In this document: in pieces, positions 43,501 to 52,948 of the stretch | Position numbering within the stretch: the first letter of the stretch is position 1 | Layout: each line of letters opens with the position of its first letter | IMG/VR virus record: IMGVR_UViG_3300045988_100160 | Location: 1-64,000 of that record | Reading direction: 5' to 3' (one strand) | From: a virus | DNA: 64,000 nt | Notes under the pieces: generated by a model | Told to the model about the DNA's origin: nothing | Seen by the model: only the letters and a program-made list of their open reading frames with translations | Database searches by the model: none | Translations under genes and position numbers: made by a program

Positions 43501-44346
43501 TACGTCTTTTTTATAACAAGGTAGGACATCTGTTGTTTGTATCTTGTTCGGTGAATCTTGACAAATTACAGGGTCTACAAGTTCCCATCCGTCTTTTTGT
43601 AAGTCGGATAAATATGTATCACCCAAGATAATCTGATAGACTTTACCAAACGTATTACACGCAAGAGAATACTTGTCGTCAATCTTAGTATTATCTTCTG
43701 TTAAGAAAATGTATGTTTCTTTGCCGTTTGCTTTGAGAACCAACTTAGGAAATTTATTAAAGTCTTTATAGTCAATATCGTCTTGATAAATGGATTGTTG
43801 TGATGTAGATGGTAATTGTACTATACCTCTAAAGCCTTTAGACGGTGCAGAACCGCCTGTGATTTGAGCGGTTGCATCTTGCCATTTATTATTACGGATG
43901 CCAAATATATTGACTTTCTTCGATACAGAACCACCGTTTTTAATCGGCAGTAAATATCCGTTGGCAGTTGCACCGAAGAAGCCATCAATTTCACCCTCAC
44001 CAACAATAACATGCTTTAGTAATTTACGACCGTTAACATCCATATGATGATACGTTTGTAAACCGCCAGCTTTAGACTGACCGTAAATAATTGGGATTGT
44101 GCCCTCAGATGTCACTTGGTTATTCTTAGAGTCAAACGTAGACTCTGGTGTATGATTCTTTTGTTTATCAAACAGTCCACCAATGGCAGAGCCAAGAGAT
44201 AAACCATACATGGCTGCGGTAAATGCTTTTACACCACCTAGGAACGCCCATGGAGCACCAGCACCAAAGCCAAAGGCGATAGCCGCAGCAAGTCCAAGGA
44301 ATTTACCAACACGACCTTTACCGCCTTTTCCTCCGCCTTTACCCAT
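40507..44346 (-). CDS. central tail fibre / host-specificity protein (lambda J-like), 1279 aa
   Basis: MGKGGGKGGKG start resembles the lambda J N-terminus. Size and position after the L-like protein fit. C-terminal coiled-coil and fibre region. Confidence 0.7.
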   Translation of the reverse strand: MGKGGGKGGKGRVGKFLGLAAAIAFGFGAGAPWAFLGGVKAFTAAMYGLSLGSAIGGLFDKQKNHTPESTFDSKNNQVTSEGTIPIIYGQSKAGGLQTYHHMDVNGRKLLKHVIVGEGEIDGFFGATANGYLLPIKNGGSVSKKVNIFGIRNNKWQDATAQITGGSAPSKGFRGIVQLPSTSQQSIYQDDIDYKDFNKFPKLVLKANGKETYIFLTEDNTKIDDKYSLACNTFGKVYQIILGDTYLSDLQKDGWELVDPVICQDSPNKIQTTDVLPCYKKDVFFTTNGEQDAKESTVVLYDGKHDAEAPSTYKTTGGYPNIAYMVADLRYTDKMGAGNPTITAIVRGRKVYDWRTGKTEYSKNPAVCLYDYLTNDVYGAGKYITPEVLDMESFTDVANYCDEVITYNDPYGVTKSEKRYELDIILNETKSHLENMQSILNSFLGFVVFSNNKIKLRCERLETPVYAFNDDNIVENSLSYKGASIEQSPNKFNLTYVEPALDYTAVKLIVEDATNQLPPPIGIGRPVEQDIEFKGVRRQTQCLRLGKIARDIIRLCPITVTFKTGLMASHLEAGDVVTVTKTYIDENGEKQTLFENQQVRIVEMKEEDGTFEISAKQYNPSIYDDAFGASLKVFAPTGDNSKEINLTPETVKPVENVSVEQVYRQKVNGVPTYDAMLVFTEPNDINYGYSQVSVQIERDGVLGDWKVYGISHGIMPVIGLKKNDKVHFRIIPYDSKELPHEESMVTYIYTIVPKVGNPSAPENVVIRFTKENATISWKRVTTADIDRYEVRSSDSLSTDNLLLMTSEISGEIDLSRIGRNGTVWVYAVNSEEIYSAPTKYGYNLPKPTAPSVTIKSFLQSFRVNYNAIPKGCEAVVRIDGTDYRTKEPLFVYNSDGGLYNVSVAFEDYFGLGEFSPEQTVQVKATIDAEMLDREALGLTTIENFVSTLSDKVDGIKNDVTANTTKISNTENTLRSEITQSKNGILTQVNAIDGRLTQMVQTVYGISSSVQKKIDDAKSEMSSQLTQTASAIQLKVEENLTGDKLVSKINLSSAGTLIDGRLLHVTGQAKFDDNIITDKMLQANAVTADKIKADSLSAISANLGDVHSGTIISSTIRNDNGTFSVDPNGNIRGANITGSTISADSIINAGFKVKNIDYAILTVAHGQDVPPIGNYSVSECTFVPIGYNFTEKHIRDGSTSSGRREWDRQWDRMVKGCTVYLQGNQPNNNDNGFIVGLQGRKAVCQSKYVIKYTSGGNGGNDWINNFLAFGVLYVLVIGKKG

Positions 44347-44360
44347 ATGTCACCTGCTTT

Positions 44361-45179
44361 CTATGTTCTGACTGTAAATTCAAATGGCACAGACAAGAAT
44401 CCTGCATATCGTTTTTGATTGTTATGTCGCTTGCAGTCAGATGGAGTTTTGTCACACCCAGCTTGTACCGTACATTGTTTATTTAATAAAAAGTTTGTCG
44501 CCTGTAATAACGGATATTCTAATTTAACAGTTTTATTAGTAATAAAACCAACGATTTTTCTTGCTTCACCCTCAACGATTAATACACCATTGGTATAGTC
44601 TTGTTCAGACACCGTGGTATTTAACGTAACTTCATATCCGTTGTTAGTTTGTTGTATATTTGTAATTGTTGGTGTCATTTGTTTAACAACGGCTTTACAT
44701 GATGCATCGCCAAATACAGATGTGCAAGAATATTGCGTTCTGCGACCACCACGCACGTTCGGAACATCGCTTGTGACTGTTACCTTAAAGATGCCGTCAC
44801 TAGATAGTTCAGGTGAGTCAACTCGACCCATAAACACAGGTTTAATCAATCGATTATTCGCAAGAGACTCAGGATATAAAATCCTGTAGATATAGATGCG
44901 ACTACCTGTGAATGGTATGCCTTTGAACAACAGTTGAGTAAACTTATCAGTAGCATTAGAAATTTCTAATTCGCATGAGTCGATAGAACTGTCAACGGTT
45001 TTATTGATTTCCCCTCGGCGGATTGGTAACGCCAAGTAAGTGTTGCCGTTGAATTGTATATTTATATCACATGAGCATAAATATAATGTCATGTTAGGAA
45101 TGTGCACTTCGTAAAGTTCGATGTCAAACACCGAACCGCTTTCCAAAGCATCACGAAACGCAACAGGTAGATTAATCAT
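44361..45179 (-). CDS. distal/minor tail protein (gpL / DUF2163-like) with a C-terminal Cys cluster
   Basis: Position just before the J-like gene. C-terminus CDKTPSDCKRHNNQKRYAGFLSVP resembles the Fe-S-binding end of L-like proteins. Confidence 0.55.
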   Translation of the reverse strand: MINLPVAFRDALESGSVFDIELYEVHIPNMTLYLCSCDINIQFNGNTYLALPIRRGEINKTVDSSIDSCELEISNATDKFTQLLFKGIPFTGSRIYIYRILYPESLANNRLIKPVFMGRVDSPELSSDGIFKVTVTSDVPNVRGGRRTQYSCTSVFGDASCKAVVKQMTPTITNIQQTNNGYEVTLNTTVSEQDYTNGVLIVEGEARKIVGFITNKTVKLEYPLLQATNFLLNKQCTVQAGCDKTPSDCKRHNNQKRYAGFLSVPFEFTVRT

Positions 45180-45190
45180 ACATCCTCCTG

Positions 45191-45565
45191 TTAGATTACT
45201 TTTTCAATTTGTACGCTTGCCGTAAACCCAACGGCATTACCGTGTGTGCCATTCTCGATTGTAAAGTCTCGTAGCACTTTTAGATTGAACTCGTTGGTTG
45301 CAAAACGGCAGATTTGTTCTTTACCAAACTCATCGGTAAACACAAAATGTCTTGTGTTACCACCAACAGTTTCACAAAAGTCTTCAAATGTCTTTTGTTG
45401 TTCTGTTGTTCCTCGTAACGAGATATTCCAAGTTCTTGTCGGTGTTACCGCATTTTGTCGTACTTGTTTTTTACCACTTGCGAATACAACTTCTTGTGTA
45501 GCGAACTTGAGACCTTTTTCAACCTCGAATATATACGGTAAAGGAAACTTAGGTAAATTAGCCAT
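45191..45565 (-). CDS. minor tail protein (gpM-like by size and position)
   Basis: 124 aa. TAATG coupling. Lies between the K-like and L-like genes. Confidence 0.45.
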   Translation of the reverse strand: MANLPKFPLPYIFEVEKGLKFATQEVVFASGKKQVRQNAVTPTRTWNISLRGTTEQQKTFEDFCETVGGNTRHFVFTDEFGKEQICRFATNEFNLKVLRDFTIENGTHGNAVGFTASVQIEKVI

Positions 45566-45984
45566 TAGTTATTCCTTTCTTGACGGAAACCACAATAGAA
45601 TAATGGTTGCCAATAACTGCGTTTAAAAACAGCAGATAACGACTTATCGGTGATACATGGAACTTGCATCGCCAGTATTTGTCCATTTTGTAAATAAATT
45701 CCTGTATGTAAATCACCATCAACATTGAATACCACAACATCACCATGTTGTAAATCATTCGCATCTCTGACCTTATTAAAGTATTTCAATAAGTATCGTA
45801 AGAGTCGCATTTGATGGTTCTTGTGAAAATCTTCACACGACACAGGGTCTTTCTTCCCATCATCAAAACAATGTGTATATCCATGGTCTTTATACCACAT
45901 TCTACATACATCAGCACAATGGTATTGACCTTTTGATTTATCAAAGCCATATTTCAACCCAAGGTATTTCGTTATGTCTTCCAT
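45565..45984 (-). CDS. NlpC/P60-family tail peptidase (gpK-like)
   Basis: Catalytic Cys context YHCADVCRMWY and His context GDVVVFNVDGDLHTGIY. GGAGGT upstream. Confidence 0.65.
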   Translation of the reverse strand: MEDITKYLGLKYGFDKSKGQYHCADVCRMWYKDHGYTHCFDDGKKDPVSCEDFHKNHQMRLLRYLLKYFNKVRDANDLQHGDVVVFNVDGDLHTGIYLQNGQILAMQVPCITDKSLSAVFKRSYWQPLFYCGFRQERNN

Positions 45985-45999
45985 ATGACCTCCAAAGTA

Positions 46000-46028
46000 A
46001 AAAATAATAGAGGGGTAAATACCCCTCT
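46000..46028 (-). terminator. rho-independent terminator just after the tape measure gene
   Basis: AGAGGGGT/ACCCCTCT stem (46009..46016 and 46021..46028), then ATTATTTTTT on the minus strand. Confidence 0.65.
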
Positions 46029-46062
46029 ATCTATAGTATCAAACATTCGACTTTTGTAACAC
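46025..46062. repeat. 38-bp conserved element, copy a (CTCTATCTATAGTATCAAACATTCGACTTTTGTAACAC)
   Basis: 32/38 identical to copy b (59993..60030). Confidence 0.7.
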
Positions 46063-46066
46063 GATT

Positions 46067-49000
46067 TTATGATTGTTTTAATTTCCCCAATGCAATGAGT
46101 TTTTGGTATTTAGACAAGAAATCTTGGTCGGATATTGTTTGTTTTACAAACACAGGTTGAGCAATAGATTGTTGTGAACCAGAACTATTGTTCGCCATAT
46201 AGTTCATACCCTTAGTCATAGCGTTGGTATTAGCAACCATTTGGTTCATTAATCGGTCTTGTCTCTTAGTTGCATCCGACATCGCACCATGTTTTGTTTC
46301 CTCATGTTGCCACTTCGGTTCGATACCACTTGTTACACCGACCCCAAGGTCTTTTGCCGCTTGATTAAGTAATTGACGACCTCGTGCTTTATCTGAGGTA
46401 GGAATAATCCATTCTTTTTTACCACCCTCACCAACACGGACTAATTGGTCTTTATCAACAGAACCGCCACCAGCGAATTTTAACAAGCCAAACTGTTTAG
46501 CAAAACCCATGACAGTACTAAGTGTACCCATCCATTTGTTATTACCACCGCCAGCAATCTTCATGCCAGCATTGATATATTGAGATACATCGGTTTTACC
46601 GTCTTTATCTGTGGCGTTCTCTGGTAAGTCTACCTTGGATGCATCGCCTTGGACATTACCATATATTACCGCATCGGTAAATGTCGCTTGTTGCCAAGCA
46701 GTACCGTTTTGTGTATTAGCCATGAATGTCTCAAAGTTTTTATCAAGATTTCGTGTCGATTGAGCAGTTAACATTTGATGGTCTAGACTTTCGTCAATAC
46801 CTCCAATGTTTTTACCGTCTTTACCATCGCCACCCAACACAGGATTGATACCTTTTTGATATTTCTTATCGAATCTCTTTAGTAAGTTCTGTAGCAAACC
46901 ACCATTACCGTCTTGGATTTTAAATATCATTTTTAAGGCATCTTCGGCAAGTTGTTTCCACAAGTCTTTCCAAATGTCTTTAAACTTTTTACCCTCAAAT
47001 AACAATCCATGGAATACATCGTGCGTTTGTTGCTTGATGTTCTTATTGAGTGAATTACCTGTTTTCTTGATTTGAACCTCTAGCTTCTTGAGTTCAAGAC
47101 CAGTCTTACGGATGTCAGCATCAGTATATTCAGAGTCACCACGTTTAAATGCCTCAACCATGTCATGATATTTCTTGGTTTTGATTGTGTATTCTTCAAC
47201 CAAGCGGTTGACTGTTCGCAAGTCAGATACCCAGAAGTTTTCAGATATGCCTGCAATCTCACGGTCTAAGTCTTCGCTTTCATGACGGTCTTTCATCATT
47301 TGTGTGGCTTCGTCATAGTCTTTGTCACGATATTTATCTTGAAGACGGTGAGTCATGGTTGCTTCGTATTTCTTCATGGTTTCTTGAAGACTCTTGACAT
47401 TGGCTTGAGGATTGAGCTTTAATAACTCATCAATCTCTTTTTGCATGCCCTTTAGCTTTTCAGTCAAAGCCGCAGTCTCTTGTGCAAAATCAGCTTGCTG
47501 TTTTGGTTTCATGGCGTTTTCCATCTCAAGCTGAGTTTTGGCAAGTTTTAAGGCGATGTTTTCAATCTTCTTTTGCTTGTCTATGATTTTGTTCGCACGA
47601 TTATCAGCGGTTTTGTCCTCATCGCCATAACCGTTGTCAGCCAAGGCACGAGCCTTTTGTTGTCTTACCCAGTTATGCTCTTGTGAAGACCGCTCAACGT
47701 ATTGGTCGAAGTAAGATGCGTATTCTTCTGGTGTGTTATTGACAGCTTTACTTAAAACTTTTTGCCAATTATCTCGTTCTTTATGTTGCAGCTCATACAC
47801 AAGGAACGCAAGTTGTGTTTCAAAAGCAGTATAATCAGAGCCGTTTTCTCTTGCGAACTCTTTTAGGTCTTCCAACCGACTATCTTGCCATTGAGCAATA
47901 CCAAAAGCATGACCGTCTGATGCCGTTGGGTCTAGGCTATCATATGACTCTACTTGTAGATTACCGACAATACCATACGCTTGGTTTGGAGTAAAACCCT
48001 GTTTTATCAAGAAGTCAATAGCTGCACCAACTCGTGTTTCTGCCAAAGGGTTCTTTTCTTTCTTGCTTGAGGATTTACCATTTTTCCCTTTAGAGTCTTC
48101 GCCTGCTCCATCAGGTATTTCACTACGAGTGTAATTACCTGTGTTGCCACCACCGACAGTACCATCGCCTGTATGACCTGAACTTGCAGTCATGTTCAAT
48201 TCATTCAGTTTTTCCGCTTGTTCAACCTTAATGTTTGCAATTGCTCGTGCATTAAGTTTAGCGATGGCATCTTGAGCCTCAGATTGCCATTGTTGAGCCA
48301 TCGACAGAGACTCTTGAGAGATATGCATTTGTCGTTCTAAATCAGATGCTCTGTTTTCAAACGCTTGTGCACCTTGCATGTCACCCTCTGCTCGTCTTGC
48401 TTCGGCTTCGGCTTTATCTTCCTCAAGTTGTTTCTTGAGTTCGTCAATCTTGGCGGTCGCACGTTTTTCTTTCCACTCGCCAATGATTTGTAACAGCTTA
48501 GCATAAGCCAGTTGAGCAAGACCGACCCAACCAATGTACTCTTTCAGCAACGCCATCCGTCTAATCCATCCTGTCTCTTCACTTTTGAGAGACTCGATGT
48601 TTTCATTAGTTGCCGCTCTTAATTGATTTGCGGTTTCAGCGATTGCCGCACGTTCATCCTTGGCAGACTTCTCAAGTTCTTCTTTCTTGCGTGTAATAGC
48701 ATTTTGTGCTCTTTGGCTTTGTTCTTCTGCACTATCTGCGGCAAGCACATAAGCAGTTTCTTCTTCGCCAAGTATCGCAATAAGACCTTGTTCTGTTTCA
48801 TGGATTTGGTTTTGTAACAGCATGCGTTCTTGTTCTGTTGTTGCAGTATCAGCGATTTTTTCTTTCAGTCTTGCATGAATAGTGATATATTGTTCTGCAA
48901 CACCTCTAGCCTCTTCCATACGAGATGCCGTTTCTTCGTATTGTTGAGCAAGTTTTTGATGAGTAGAATAATCTTCATACAACGTTTTAGTAGTATCTTG

Positions 49001-51043
49001 AGATGCATTGTAGACATCCATTAATACATCTGCAACCAATGCAAGTGTCATAACGATGCCAAGCCATCCGCCTGCCATCATTTTCAAGCCAGAACCAACA
49101 CCACGGATTGCACCGCTTGTTGTTGCCATCGCACGACCAACACCGCTTGTCGCAACAGATGCCTCTTGTGCGGCAACAATGTATTTATTAACATGTGTTG
49201 TTGCAGTAGACCACAACCGAGAAACATTCTTAAGTACAAATTGGCTGACTTGACCGTATCTACGTTGGACAATCAAGGCGGCAACCGTTGCACCAACAAT
49301 AGTATACATTGAGGTTGGAACAGAGTCAAGCCATTGTAATAAGCCTAGTACAATATCTAGTGCACCCTTAAAGGCTTTACCCATCGTATGGCTACTAGAG
49401 GTCATTTTCTCCCATTGAGCAGACACTTGTTTTAATTTGGTTTCAATGGTATCGAGTTGCATACCAACTTGTGCATTTGTGAAACCCATAGAAGAAGACG
49501 ATTGCTTTAATGCCTCAAGGTATTCATTGAGGTCTAACATGGCATCGGCTTTATTCCATTGCCATTTACCACCAGAGATTGCCTTGAGGAGACCCTCCAT
49601 GGACTCTTTAGACCCTTGTGCTTTAATCATTAAATCAAGCAACACATCGTCAACCTTACGGAATGATTTTTCGCCGTTCTCTCCGACTTTGTAAACTTCG
49701 ATACCAAACTCTTGTAATGCAGTAATCGCTTTCTTAGAGTGAATAGAACCGAAAATAGATTTCAAGGCGTTACCGATTTCACCACCCTCAGCTTGTGTCT
49801 TCCTAGCCATTACAGCAACGAGTGCTTGTGCAGAATGGAATGATACACCAACTTCGGCGGCAGATTGTGCCATACGTTTGTTAGCCTCGGATAATGTTTG
49901 TGCAGATACCGTGTAGTTATGAGCCAATGCAGTCCATGAGTCAATAATGCGATTTGATACAGACATGGCATCATTAGCATTGTGGATTTGGAAACCCCAT
50001 TGCATGATTGAAGACTCAAGTGCTTTATTGGCAGATACAATGTCGAACGCATCGGCAACCGCAAGTTTGGTGGCTGCATCTGTCAACGCAAGAACAGTAT
50101 TGTTATCTTTATATGCACGACCCCATAACTTAGCAGACTCAATCATTTCATGGCTTGTTGTGCCATACTTAACAGCAAGGCTTTGTAATTTACTTTGCAT
50201 TTCCTCAAGTTCATGCTTGAAGTGTTCTGCCTCTTGCCCTGATAGTTGAAGACCATTAATCATATGTGATGGGTCAACTTCCATAAGGCTTTTGGCAAAA
50301 GCATTAGTCTGACCTGTACCGTGTTTCATTACTTGAGCGAAACCAGCCATATCCTTTTCAACATGAGCCATTTGTGTGAAGCTTTGGATGGTCTTGTCTA
50401 AAGCAAAAGATGCAACCATTCGTGTTGCCAAATAACCAAGTCTATGACCTACATTTTCTGTGTCAATACCCCATTGCTTTAAAAAACCAATGTGCTCTCT
50501 TGTTGCCAAGTTAACAGCTTTTTGTGCTTGATATAACTTCTGCAATTCAGCATTTAACGCTCGTGCATTTTGAGCGTATGCCATCGGATTTGATGCAAAA
50601 TTCTGTCTATAGTTTTCTTCGGCTTGTCGCTTTAAGTTTGCAATCTGACCTGAGAAAGACTGCTCTTTTGCAACCATGGTTGACCGTTGTAATGCTTGCC
50701 CTAGTTTTTCAATATTACGAGATGCATCAGTGACTTCTTTAGAGACACCTTTAGTCATATCTCTTACGTTTGAAAATTGGGAGACAACACGCCCAAGTGA
50801 CCCTGTAAGTTTGTCGCTACTGTCGGATGCAGTTTTAAGACTACGGTCTAATTGTGCGGCATAATCGGTTAATTTCTTAAATTGGTCGCCACCCGCTTTA
50901 ACATTGATGGAAATATCTTTTACATTCTTAAGACGACCGATTGCTTTGTCAAGTTCGTTAAGACCAGATATAACCTTTTTGGTATCATCATGAATATTGC
51001 CATAATTGACCTTTATGTCATATCCGAATTTTTTATTAGCCAT
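46067..51043 (-). CDS. tail tape measure protein (1658 aa) with an embedded lysozyme-like domain
   Basis: Largest ORF. Follows the frameshifted chaperones. Long coiled coils and hydrophobic segments. Internal GIVGNLQVES...AFGIAQWQ resembles tail-lysozyme domains. Confidence 0.85.
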   Translation of the reverse strand: MANKKFGYDIKVNYGNIHDDTKKVISGLNELDKAIGRLKNVKDISINVKAGGDQFKKLTDYAAQLDRSLKTASDSSDKLTGSLGRVVSQFSNVRDMTKGVSKEVTDASRNIEKLGQALQRSTMVAKEQSFSGQIANLKRQAEENYRQNFASNPMAYAQNARALNAELQKLYQAQKAVNLATREHIGFLKQWGIDTENVGHRLGYLATRMVASFALDKTIQSFTQMAHVEKDMAGFAQVMKHGTGQTNAFAKSLMEVDPSHMINGLQLSGQEAEHFKHELEEMQSKLQSLAVKYGTTSHEMIESAKLWGRAYKDNNTVLALTDAATKLAVADAFDIVSANKALESSIMQWGFQIHNANDAMSVSNRIIDSWTALAHNYTVSAQTLSEANKRMAQSAAEVGVSFHSAQALVAVMARKTQAEGGEIGNALKSIFGSIHSKKAITALQEFGIEVYKVGENGEKSFRKVDDVLLDLMIKAQGSKESMEGLLKAISGGKWQWNKADAMLDLNEYLEALKQSSSSMGFTNAQVGMQLDTIETKLKQVSAQWEKMTSSSHTMGKAFKGALDIVLGLLQWLDSVPTSMYTIVGATVAALIVQRRYGQVSQFVLKNVSRLWSTATTHVNKYIVAAQEASVATSGVGRAMATTSGAIRGVGSGLKMMAGGWLGIVMTLALVADVLMDVYNASQDTTKTLYEDYSTHQKLAQQYEETASRMEEARGVAEQYITIHARLKEKIADTATTEQERMLLQNQIHETEQGLIAILGEEETAYVLAADSAEEQSQRAQNAITRKKEELEKSAKDERAAIAETANQLRAATNENIESLKSEETGWIRRMALLKEYIGWVGLAQLAYAKLLQIIGEWKEKRATAKIDELKKQLEEDKAEAEARRAEGDMQGAQAFENRASDLERQMHISQESLSMAQQWQSEAQDAIAKLNARAIANIKVEQAEKLNELNMTASSGHTGDGTVGGGNTGNYTRSEIPDGAGEDSKGKNGKSSSKKEKNPLAETRVGAAIDFLIKQGFTPNQAYGIVGNLQVESYDSLDPTASDGHAFGIAQWQDSRLEDLKEFARENGSDYTAFETQLAFLVYELQHKERDNWQKVLSKAVNNTPEEYASYFDQYVERSSQEHNWVRQQKARALADNGYGDEDKTADNRANKIIDKQKKIENIALKLAKTQLEMENAMKPKQQADFAQETAALTEKLKGMQKEIDELLKLNPQANVKSLQETMKKYEATMTHRLQDKYRDKDYDEATQMMKDRHESEDLDREIAGISENFWVSDLRTVNRLVEEYTIKTKKYHDMVEAFKRGDSEYTDADIRKTGLELKKLEVQIKKTGNSLNKNIKQQTHDVFHGLLFEGKKFKDIWKDLWKQLAEDALKMIFKIQDGNGGLLQNLLKRFDKKYQKGINPVLGGDGKDGKNIGGIDESLDHQMLTAQSTRNLDKNFETFMANTQNGTAWQQATFTDAVIYGNVQGDASKVDLPENATDKDGKTDVSQYINAGMKIAGGGNNKWMGTLSTVMGFAKQFGLLKFAGGGSVDKDQLVRVGEGGKKEWIIPTSDKARGRQLLNQAAKDLGVGVTSGIEPKWQHEETKHGAMSDATKRQDRLMNQMVANTNAMTKGMNYMANNSSGSQQSIAQPVFVKQTISDQDFLSKYQKLIALGKLKQS

Positions 51044-51057
51044 TCATTTTCTCCATT

Positions 51058-51653
51058 CTATTCAGATGAATACCCAGAACTCAAAAGACCACGGATGGCA
51101 TCTGCCCCTGTGACGGAATTTGAGTCCACGAAAGAGTCACCATCTGACTCATCCATTTTATTGTTTTCGTTTAAAGCGGTAGATAGACCCTCAAGTTCTG
51201 GCAAGGTATATGCCATGAGACTTGCCTTTGTTTCACTCGTGTGTTGAACTAGGGATGCGATTACATTGTCGAGTCCGCCATCGCCTGTAGATTGCTCAGT
51301 ATCTTTTTTTTTAAACCTGAGATACACATGTATTCGTCTAAGATTTCAACACCACTCTCAAGGTCAACAACATTCATGACCTCTTTCCTAGGGATATGCA
51401 ACGCAAGTTCAAATAATTCACACATGGCATTAAATGCCACATAATCATATTTCACTTTACCATTCTTATCAAGTTCAAACGTACCATCATCTTTAGTGAT
51501 TGGTGTTGGTAAATTCAAATATAAGTACTTGTCATTAATCTTAGACAACAATCGTTCCACTTTTGCATAGTCACCCAAAATCATTGGATGTATTTGATAT
51601 TCTTTCCCATTTAACTCAACATATTTACTCTTAGGAATTAATGTGTCTGTCAT
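51058..51653 (-). CDS. tail assembly chaperone, -1 frameshift fusion (GT-like)
   Basis: ORF 51058..51327 is in the -1 frame relative to 51261..51653. They overlap across A AAA AAA AAG. Confidence 0.6.
51261..51653 (-). CDS. tail assembly chaperone (G-like, short product)
   Basis: Lies directly upstream of the tape measure gene. Contains the slippery run near its 3' end. Confidence 0.7.
   Translation of the reverse strand: MTDTLIPKSKYVELNGKEYQIHPMILGDYAKVERLLSKINDKYLYLNLPTPITKDDGTFELDKNGKVKYDYVAFNAMCELFELALHIPRKEVMNVVDLESGVEILDEYMCISGLKKKILSNLQAMADSTM
51304..51312 (-). other. programmed -1 ribosomal frameshift slippery run (A9 on the mRNA, includes A AAA AAG)
   Basis: Nine T residues on the plus strand at 51304..51312. 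The zero frame reads GGT TTA AAA AAA AAG. Confidence 0.6.
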
Positions 51654-51671
51654 TTGTTAAATCTCCATATA

Positions 51672-51702
51672 CAAAAAATAGGGGCATCGTAAAGATGCCC
51701 CC
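51672..51702 (-). terminator. rho-independent terminator after the major tail gene
   Basis: GGGGCATC/GATGCCCC stem, then TATTTTTTGT on the minus strand. Confidence 0.7.
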
Positions 51703-51709
51703 ATAAGTA

Positions 51710-52510
51710 TTACTGAATTTCTTGAGTGATTTCCAAGATTTTACCGTCAGTACGAGTAGTATCGTACATAACTTCAAACTCCAACTGAGGAGCAGATGCT
51801 TTTTGACGTTCGTGGTCGATGTCCATTTTACCTGTCGCACGAGCACGGAAGATATGAGTATGAAGAACAACTTTTTTGCCATCTCCCATATCAACAGGGT
51901 TGGAAACGTGGCGGATTTCCACGAATTGAGGAACAGATGTTGCTTTCATTGTTGCACGACGAGAAGTTGTGTCAGTACGTAAACCAGATACTTCGATGTA
52001 TTTGTTTGTTACAGACTCACCCAAAGTGATTGCACCGCTTGCAGTAATTGTGAACTCACCAGCAGATGGAAGTTGAGATTTAACATATTTTAGTGTCACA
52101 CGTTCGTCTTCCATTTGAACATCATTCGCAAGTACAACGATTGTGTCCTCTGGAATAACATTGGACACATTTGGTACAGTAAATGTAGTACCGCTTGCAA
52201 TCAATGTAGGTTCAACGCTAAAGATTAGAGTACCTTTATTGTCGATTTCAGCACCAGTTGTCACACCTAAGTAGTCAAGGTTGAAACGTGCTTCAGTAAA
52301 GGAAGCAGATACAGAGGACTCTTTATTCAAGATATAGATTGGTGGTAAGGCATCTGAGCCATACACCTTCTCGTCAGAGGAACTGAAAGATAGTTTCATT
52401 GTTTGAAGTGTACCGAGTTTATAGGCTTCAACTTTGCCGTTGACAACCCTTTTCGCCCAAGCTTCACCTACACCGTTCAATACAAAGTTTTTACCAGTTT
52501 GTGTAGCCAT
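51710..52510 (-). CDS. major tail (tube) protein
   Basis: 266 aa. Positioned between the neck genes and the chaperones. Followed by its own terminator, as is typical for abundant structural genes. Confidence 0.6.
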   Translation of the reverse strand: MATQTGKNFVLNGVGEAWAKRVVNGKVEAYKLGTLQTMKLSFSSSDEKVYGSDALPPIYILNKESSVSASFTEARFNLDYLGVTTGAEIDNKGTLIFSVEPTLIASGTTFTVPNVSNVIPEDTIVVLANDVQMEDERVTLKYVKSQLPSAGEFTITASGAITLGESVTNKYIEVSGLRTDTTSRRATMKATSVPQFVEIRHVSNPVDMGDGKKVVLHTHIFRARATGKMDIDHERQKASAPQLEFEVMYDTTRTDGKILEITQEIQ

Positions 52511-52528
52511 TAAGTATTTCTCCTGTAA

Positions 52529-52948
52529 TTAAGACCAAGTAAATGGTCGAACTCTAAACATATAACCAATGAGACCTGCTGTGCCTGTTGAGAATGAACC
52601 CTCGGCATACACAGACATATCTTCATAATGTTGTTTCAATAATTTATTCAGGTGGATATATAAGTCATTCATAAGTTTACGATTGTTACTGCGACCAATA
52701 AGTCGAAACTCAAGCATATTCTTATTTACCATCCAATTCTTTGTTCCACCAACGGATGGTATAAATGACATAACAAAGTAAATCTCTTGTTTTTCATCGA
52801 CAAGTTCAGCACCTGCTAACCCTCGTCTCATTTTTGTGTTCCATTCAGCAAGACTCGTTGGGTCTTTCACCCTTAGTAACATAGCCAAGGTTTCATCCTT
52901 GCGGAATAAATCCCATATTTCATCTAATAGTTGTACCGTATACTTCAT
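52529..52948 (-). CDS. tail completion / tail terminator-type protein (positional call)
   Basis: 139 aa. ATGA coupling to the upstream gene. Confidence 0.4.
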   Translation of the reverse strand: MKYTVQLLDEIWDLFRKDETLAMLLRVKDPTSLAEWNTKMRRGLAGAELVDEKQEIYFVMSFIPSVGGTKNWMVNKNMLEFRLIGRSNNRKLMNDLYIHLNKLLKQHYEDMSVYAEGSFSTGTAGLIGYMFRVRPFTWS

